Part shown: in pieces, positions 55,679 to 64,000 of the stretch
Position numbering within the stretch: the stretch's first letter is position 1
How the letters are laid out: every line of letters begins with the position of its first letter
Source of the DNA: Octopus vulgaris
Taxonomy: Eukaryota
Length of the DNA: 64,000 nucleotides
Assembly (NCBI GenBank): GCA_951406725.2
Contig: OX597832.1
Span: 48,794,001 to 48,858,000 of the forward strand
Direction: 5' to 3'
Made by a program: the position numbers and the translations under genes
Notes under the pieces: model-generated
What the model was told of the DNA's origin: nothing
What the model saw: the letters and a program-made list of their open reading frames with translations, nothing else
Database searches by the model: none

Positions 55679-56010
55679 ATTTTTTTTTTTCGTAATTATT
55701 GTGTCGCTGTTGCTCGTCTGCGGTGGTTGTTTACTCGGTTATTTCGAGCTCTGTCAGATTAGTTCGGCCTGTTGTTCTGTAGCCGTGTACCGAACACATC
55801 GTTTCGTGTTCCTAATTACGTTTCGCTCCTTCTCATCATCATCATCATCGCCAATGACATTTGCCTAATAATGCATTCACCCCTTTTGTTTTTCACACAC
55901 TATCAACAATACAGATAAGAAGAACAACAACAACAACGGCAAACAAACGAAACTGGAGGAATATCTATAACAGAAACAACAAAGAATTACAATAAATGGA
56001 TACGCATAGC

Positions 56011-56041
<31 letters not shown>

Positions 56042-56094
56042 GTATATGTATGTATATGTATATGTATGTATATATATGTATATGTATATATATG

Positions 56095-56202
<108 letters not shown>

Positions 56203-56518
56203 ATGCATGTATGTATGTATGTATGTATGTTTTAATCGAACGTCTCTGTAGAAAGAGAATGCTTATTTCTGGAGTCGGTAATTGTGAATAGAAAACAAAA
56301 AGTTACTGAACTGAAGAAAAAGACTAAGGTAATCATATGTACATGTATATATGGAAGTGCTTGCGTTAGTGTGTGAACATAGACACGCATACGCACTCAC
56401 ACATAGAAGCACGAATGCACACGCACATATATGTGTGTATGTTGCGTGAAAGTTTTAATGTGTATTTATACATACATGCGTATACAAAACGTACACACAT
56501 ATACATATGTACATTATA

Positions 56519-56610
<92 letters not shown>

Positions 56611-56802
56611 AATATATGTATACATATATATATGCACGTTTGTATATATATATATATATATATATATATACAAACGTACATATATATATGTATATATATA
56701 TATGCATGCATATATACATATACATATATATTTGTATATATATATATATATGTATATATATGTATACATATATGTGTATATATATATATATATACTTATA
56801 TA

Positions 56803-56853
<51 letters not shown>

Positions 56854-56987
56854 ACAAGTATATATTAACACACCAATATACAGTATATATTGACAGATGT
56901 TGAAATTTGTGTGTATATGTACATATACATTCATACATATTCACACATACACACACATATACATACATACATACATACATACATACA

Positions 56988-57018
<31 letters not shown>

Positions 57019-58084
57019 GAACGCGCATTCACATGCACAAAACAGACGTAAAGACAAATGCATTTAAATTTGTGTTTTTTCTTTGTCTCCTTATGTTTTT
57101 GTTAGCCTGTTTGAAACAAAATACACGCTGATGAAATACGTGCTCCTAATATGTCTTTTAAATACAAAAAAAAAAAAAAAAACCCAGAAAAACCAACCAA
57201 AATAACCATCAGTGTCACATTCATTTCTTTATATTGATTTCGCCCTTTTCCATGAACAGCGAATCACTTACTCGGGCAATACATCATTTCAGCTTGTCAA
57301 TTAAGCTTTTATTTAAACTTGTTGACCAAAATATCAGAATGTCAAAGTGTCACAAGCACAAAGAAGAAAACACAAAGTGTTTCTTTCTAGTAAATTTTCC
57401 GTGTTTGAAAATAGAGCTAAGAAGTCTAATGATGGAATACGGAGCTATCGTAGGTTATTTATTGTAAGATCAAAAGAATTTGCTTCGCCTTTTTTCCTCT
57501 GTTGCTTTCTCTCTTTCGGATTTTATTTTTATATCAACCCTCAAACAATTATACATACACACACATATATGTGTATATATATATATATGTATGTATATAT
57601 ATATATAAACATATATGGAAGTATATGTGTGTGTGTGTTTACAAACAAATTAACAAACATAAAATCATTTTGCTTTTCCCCATTTTATATATGAAGATGT
57701 GTGTGTCTAGCTGAGTGTGTATAACATGTAAATAAGCGCGTGTAGTATATATATATATATATCTTTGTACACGCACAAACACACTCGCACACATTCTCTC
57801 TCGATCTCTCCTATTGGTGTACAGTATTCTGGTTGAACACCGGTGTTTCGGCATATTGTGTCCCCTCAAACACAAGTAACCGTAACCTTAAGACTAGCCA
57901 AAGCCCATATTTTGATTATACTTTCAGCAAACGGAAATTTTTAGTGACCGGTCCTTGTAGCTACCATCCGATAAAAAAAAATCATTGTTGACAACTTCTA
58001 CAGTGAAATCAATGCTGAATATTTCCAAATTTACTCTTAACACGTCTAGAAAGATTCAGGGGCAAAATATGTTGGGTGCTCTAG

Positions 58085-58148
<64 letters not shown>

Positions 58149-58399
58149 GGACCTCGAACCCACAAGAGTAAACAAGAGAGACAGACAGGCAGAAACAAGG
58201 AAAATGTCACTTATTTCTGAACACTATACAAATATTCTTTAAAAAAAAACTTTTCTTTTAATTTTTCTAAATTTAATTATTTAATCGTTTCAGTTGAAAA
58301 ATTCTCTCAATTACTGAAACCGGTACTGAAAAGTTTTTTATAAAACTATTTTAGCATCTTTTATCTTGACTTTTTTCCCATATATATATATGTTTATAT

Positions 58400-58727
58400 A
58401 CATGAATGCCCTCCCCTCGTGAGCGAGGAATACAATTGCTGACCTTTAGGAACATTGTGTGATCTAGGACCAACTTAAATTTTGCATTTACAGCTTTGTT
58501 GATGGCTAAAGAGCCGTGCACTTGACAAGCATACACGACTGCAAACATTGCAAACCCAGCTTGCCCCATTCACTATGCTAGCAGTGCGCTTTGGAGTAGC
58601 ATGCTCAAACTCTTCATGAAGAATACGTGATGTTTCAAAGGTGTGGACTGCAAAGGTGTGGAGCGCAATCGGATGGAGGATGCCCGAGATCCTAGAAGAC
58701 ACACACAGATACAGACAGAACGGATTT

Positions 58728-58740
<13 letters not shown>
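58400..58740 (-). mobile_element. Possible non-autonomous Helitron-like remnant
   Basis: Minus strand starts 'tatataaaatccgttctgtctgtatctgtgtg' and ends near hairpin 'cctcg-ctca-cgagg'; no clear CTAG end; single copy in window. Confidence 0.3.
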
Positions 58741-58779
<39 letters not shown>

Positions 58780-59145
58780 AGAGAGAGAGAGAGACGTATA
58801 ATAGTATACGTTGATACTTTGTGAATTGAGAGATTTGTAGTATACCATCGTAGCCACTTAGTTTAAATCTACAAATTCGGAAAGTCAAGGTTGCAACACG
58901 TAAGATGTTCCAAATATCCTGGCATTGTTACAATATTTTTTTCCTGTCTTCTTCTACAAAAGTACATACATTCAGTCATGCAAAGAGAGTGTGGAGAGAA
59001 AGGTAGGGAGAGGGGGGAGAGAGAGAGGGAAAGAGCGAGAGAGAGAGAGAAACAGAAAGTGAATAATTCATATTAAAATATTTATAAATGTTCCCATATG
59101 CTGAGAAACGTAGGTAAGTACACGCACACACACACACAAACACAT

Positions 59146-59183
<38 letters not shown>

Positions 59184-59434
59184 TAACACACACTCACACA
59201 CACACACACTCACACACTCACACACTCACACACACACTCACACACACACACTCACTCACACACACACACACAAACATACACACACACACACACACACAAA
59301 CACGCACACACACGCACACATTTTTGCGGGAGGAAAAATGCGGAAATCATATTTAAGCCCAAACGAAGAATGCGATACACACAGGTCAGGATGAATATGG
59401 AGTATACGAATATGGTAGGTTGGCAATCATCATA

Positions 59435-59847
59435 AGGTGGCGAGTTGGCAGAAACGTTAGGCCTCCGGGCGAAACACTTAGCGGTATTTCGTCTGCCGTT
59501 ACGTTCTGAGTTCAAATTCCGCCGAGGTCGACTTTGCCTTTCATCCTTTCGGGCTCGATAAATTAAGTACCAGTTACGCACTGGGGTCGATGTAAGCGAC
59601 TTAATACCTATGTCTGTCCTTGTTTGTCTCCTCTGTGTTTAGCCCCTGTGGGCAGTAAAGAAATAGGTATTTCGTCTGCCGTTACGTTCTGAGTTCAAAT
59701 TCCGCCGAGGTCGACTTTGCCTTTCATCTTTTCAGGGTCGATTAAATAAGTACCAGTTACGCACTATGGTCGTTATAATCGACTTAATCCGTTTGTCTGT
59801 CCTTGTTCGTCCCCTCTGTGTTTAGCCCCTTGTGGGTAGTAAGGAAA
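59435..59847 (+). mobile_element. SINE family A, dimeric, TSD-flanked
   Basis: Perfect 19-bp TSD 'taggttggcaatcatcata' at 59416-59434 and 59848-59866. Confidence 0.95.
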
Positions 59848-60139
59848 TAGGTTGGCAATCATCATACTAGTCATATATAAAACCGAAAACATTGTATGAG
59901 AAAGATCATTTCAATCTCGTTTTGCATATACGCATGCGCAAACACACATACACACACACACACACACACGTGTACATACACAAATACACGTGTACATACA
60001 CAAAAACACAAAAACACACGCATTTTCTAATCATTTATAATTGTTTATATCCGATAATTGAATTCGTCGAGTGAGAGTCTAGTGCTGGGAAACAAACTTG
60101 TGAAATTTTGGTCATGATTTAACTCTTTAGTACACATCA

Positions 60140-60440
60140 TGAGTGGCTGTGTGGTAAGTAGCTTGCTTACGAACCACATGGATCCGGGTTCAGTCCCACG
60201 ACGTGGCACCTTGGGCAAGTGTCTTCTACTATACCCTCGGGCCGACCAAAGCATCCTGAGTGGATTTGGTAGACGGAAACTGAAAGAATCCTGTCGTATA
60301 TATGTATGTGTGTGTATATGTTGTGTATCTTTGTTTGTCCCCCCACCCCACCCCCCGACAACGTTTGACAACCGATGTTGATGCGTTTATGTTCCTGTAA
60401 CTTAATGGTTCGGCAAAAGCGAACGATAGAATAAGTCCTG
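60140..60440 (+). mobile_element. SINE family B, 3'-truncated
   Basis: Head and body match family B. Confidence 0.85.
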
Positions 60441-61054
60441 GGCTCGCAGGTTTAACCATTTTGTAGCTGAGTGGACTGAGGCAACGCGAAATGATGTATT
60501 TTGCTTAAAAAAAAAACAAAAAACAACGCCCCTTCTGATCCGGTCCTGCAATCAAAACCACTGACCCGTTCATTGCTGAGTGAACCGAAACAACATCAAA
60601 TATATTTTCTCATTATCGCAACGTACCACCTGTCCTGGGAATCGAAACCGCGGTGCTCTAATAGTGAGTGCAACACGCTAATCATCAGGCACGTGATTTC
60701 ACATACTACTTGCATAATTCATAGATAACATACCCCATTCACGTTATATGCAATACAATGCACCATATTCTTAATCATTCTGATAAATTCAATAAATACA
60801 TTCTCTAAAAAAAAATACTAGCATTATAATGCATGTCACATTTAATGGAATATACTGAAAACTTCAGTTCTTGAGAAAGCTTTGATTTAAAACAATTCTA
60901 TACAGGGATACACGTATCTATGTAAATATATACGTATTTGGGTCTGTGCATGTGTCTTTGAGTGCGTAAGTGAGTATATACACATATATACTTATATTTA
61001 TATGTAGAAAGTGTGAAAGAGATGTATGTGGGTACAAATTTTGGAACATAAATA

Positions 61055-61158
<104 letters not shown>

Positions 61159-61306
61159 CATATATATAAATATATATATATATATTCACATATGCTTAAC
61201 ATACACAAATGTTGTATAAGTGTGCACTTGTGTATCTATATGTTCATACAAATTTAGGTAATGGCTCCCTCTTTCTGTCACTCCCTCTCCCTCTCTGTCT
61301 CTCTCT

Positions 61307-61393
<87 letters not shown>

Positions 61394-61418
61394 TACATAG
61401 ATATAGATAGATAGATGC

Positions 61419-61484
<66 letters not shown>

Positions 61485-62318
61485 ATGCAAATACATATAT
61501 GTATATATGTGTGAATGTGTCTTTGCGTAAATGTGTGTGTATGTGTGTATGTGGGGGACTCTTACGTTTACACGTGTGTGTCTTTTTACACGACCATATA
61601 TATGGTCGTCTGCGTGTGTTCGAATTATTGGCTGATTTCTTATTATATTACGTGAAATAAATCTACATTTACTTATGCCTATCATATAGCCATATGTGGT
61701 TGTGTAGAAATGAAAAGGAAAAAAATATAGCAAAGGTGAAATATGAAGGAAGCCTGTCACATCCACTAGCGATTCCATTATTTATATTTATATTCATCCG
61801 AAGAGTACGAATCTGTATAACGTCAGAACATATCACTTGTAAACGGGAAACATTATTTTTTTCTCTCCAAAATTTCCAATTTGTTTTTTCATTTTCAATA
61901 AACTCCAAATAATGTTGAAAAAATTTGCAAAACGTTGTTAGATTTCAATAGAAATAAATGTCTACGAAACTGTAATTGTTTGGACAAGTCGCCACTTTAT
62001 CTAGAATCGTGTGTTGAAACTAAAGCAATTGCATGCTAGAAAAGCCGTTTTAGCAATTTCTGAAGAGCATAAATATTGTTATGTTCAAATTTCTTAAGGA
62101 GTCAATATTTTCGTTGCATTTCTGCGTCCTAGTCGCCGATATAATTCTAAGCATATGTTGAAAATCAGTTATTGGTACATTTTGAAATGCCTCTGAACAT
62201 GTCTTTTAGAGGATTTTTCTTCTCGCTTTTTGTTTCCTTTTCATTGAACTAATTATTTACTCATCAGAAATATTAAATTTCTAAATATCTCATAGAGATA
62301 TGTACGGTGGTGGAGCGA

Positions 62319-62507
62319 TAGAGTGGTTGTATACTGTCAACTTAACGTGACAGTCCTGTAAGGGAATTACACCACCACTGTTTAGCCCTAGGAAGCATCA
62401 ACGCTTCTTGTCGGCCTTGACACGTTGATGCTTCCTAGGGCTAAACAGCGGTGGTGTAATTCCCTTACAGGACTGTCACGTTAAGTTGACAGTATACAAC
62501 CACTCTA
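62319..62507. repeat. 85-bp arm near-perfect palindrome (84/85) made of the terminus of the 17139 family
   Basis: Arms 62319-62403 and 62423-62507, 19-nt spacer, single mismatch A62377/C62449. Confidence 0.95.
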
Positions 62508-64000
62508 ATTATTTACTGATTTTCCATTCAATGAAATTAAATAGATGTTAGTTACCATGCTGCGTGCAGAAAGCCATGAAGGTTTTCACACCTTATGAAA
62601 TATTTCTTTCGTATTTGGACACAAATCCAGCAATGCAGAAGGGAGTGGGAAGTTTGGTTACATCGATCTCAGTAGATGATTGATTCTTCATTTACCGACC
62701 CGAAAAGAATGAAAAGCAAAGTTTATCTCGGCGGAATTTGAACTCAGAATATAAAGACCCAGCATAATTACTGCCAAGCATTTTGTCCGACGTGCTAACG
62801 ATTCCACCAATTCACCTCCTGTCACCACAAGGAACAGTGAATATAACAATGCTCATAAAAATCTAAGTTTACTCAGAATTGAGCGGATTTTAAAATCATT
62901 AACAGATTAAACTATAACATACAGTGGATAAGTGGGTAGGCTGAAATATTATATATAGAGGATATGCGGGTATACTTCAATTTCTTGCAAACAAAATATG
63001 TGAATATAGAATATAGCTATAATATAATACATAAACAAGTGTATCGTATTCGCATATAGACTGTTGATGAACAATAATAAAGTTACTCTAAGTTGAAAAT
63101 AAAATAAATTTAGACATAGTAAAATCATATTTCGAAGTGAAAAAGAAAACCTTATATTTTCCACCAAATGTATGAAACTACGGTTCTACAGGGAAATTGA
63201 GAATGTTAAAAAAATAACCATATCTATTAAGATATAGAATTTAAAAATTATTCTATATCTTGGAGTAGATTACATATGGTTTAATGCTTGTAGCAATTCA
63301 GACGGAACAAATAGAATTTAAATGCAACATATAAACCTCGCGAACAGAAGGTTTTAAATTATTTAAATTGTCACACACTATCCGTATGCCGTATACATTG
63401 GATGAAATGGATACGGCTATGTCTGTAATGAAAATATTTGAAGTTCTTTGATAACCATACTGAACGCTATTTCATGTTTCTAGTTTCAATTTTTTAAAAT
63501 TTAAAAGAGAAAAAAGCTAAATCATTAGAAACAAAATATGGCTTCGTAAACCTTTATGCTTGTAATTCGAGTGGAGGCGTTTATATTCCCCTCTGTCTGA
63601 CTCTTTTGAAATGGTTGTTGTGTAGGCTTTGATAATTCTTGCATAATTCTCTACAAATTTATTTGATATGCGCTATTTCGAATATAAATGATGAAGTTAT
63701 ATCAACGTTAAGGAGAATTTTTTTTTAATTTCGCAAACGCTGAATGTAAATATATAAAACTCCGAAATTACAGATGGCAAAGCTTTGAATAAAAATATAT
63801 AAAACGAGCAAAGAGGATGATTAGTAAAAGCGAATATAAAACCGAAAATTGGTGATGAAATCTAACAGAACTATTGGCGTATATCTAATGTGAAAAGTGT
63901 GGAAAAGAAAGTGACGATGTAATGGTGTTCATCTATTTATTTCATTCACAACATCCAATACATTAATCATAGATGCTATATTCAGAATTGAACTTTGGAT

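Overview
This is AT-rich eukaryotic non-coding DNA, most likely an intronic or intergenic region of an octopus (coleoid cephalopod) genome. That assignment is inferred from the extreme microsatellite density and the tRNA-headed SINE families, not from a database match. I find no convincing host protein-coding gene, and almost all listed ORFs are microsatellite artefacts. The real coding remnants are all transposon-derived: a young 5'-truncated R4/Dong-clade RLE LINE sitting in a (TAA)n tract, three mariner (DD34D-type) transposase pseudogenes, a Tc1 5' fragment, two RTE LINE 3' ends and one CR1/L2-group LINE 3' end. There are three abundant SINE groups. The most interesting signals are: (1) at least four unrelated small repeat families carrying minimal type I hammerhead ribozyme folds of the Penelope/retrozyme kind, several with inverted (fold-back) ends, one fused to a tRNA-derived Pol III head and one with a non-canonical CUGUNGA core; (2) two LINE-SINE pairs with shared 3' tails visible inside the window; (3) SINE multimers inserted as single TSD-flanked units; (4) several long inverted repeats that would give dsRNA if transcribed. 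Coordinates were read by eye and element boundaries are approximate.
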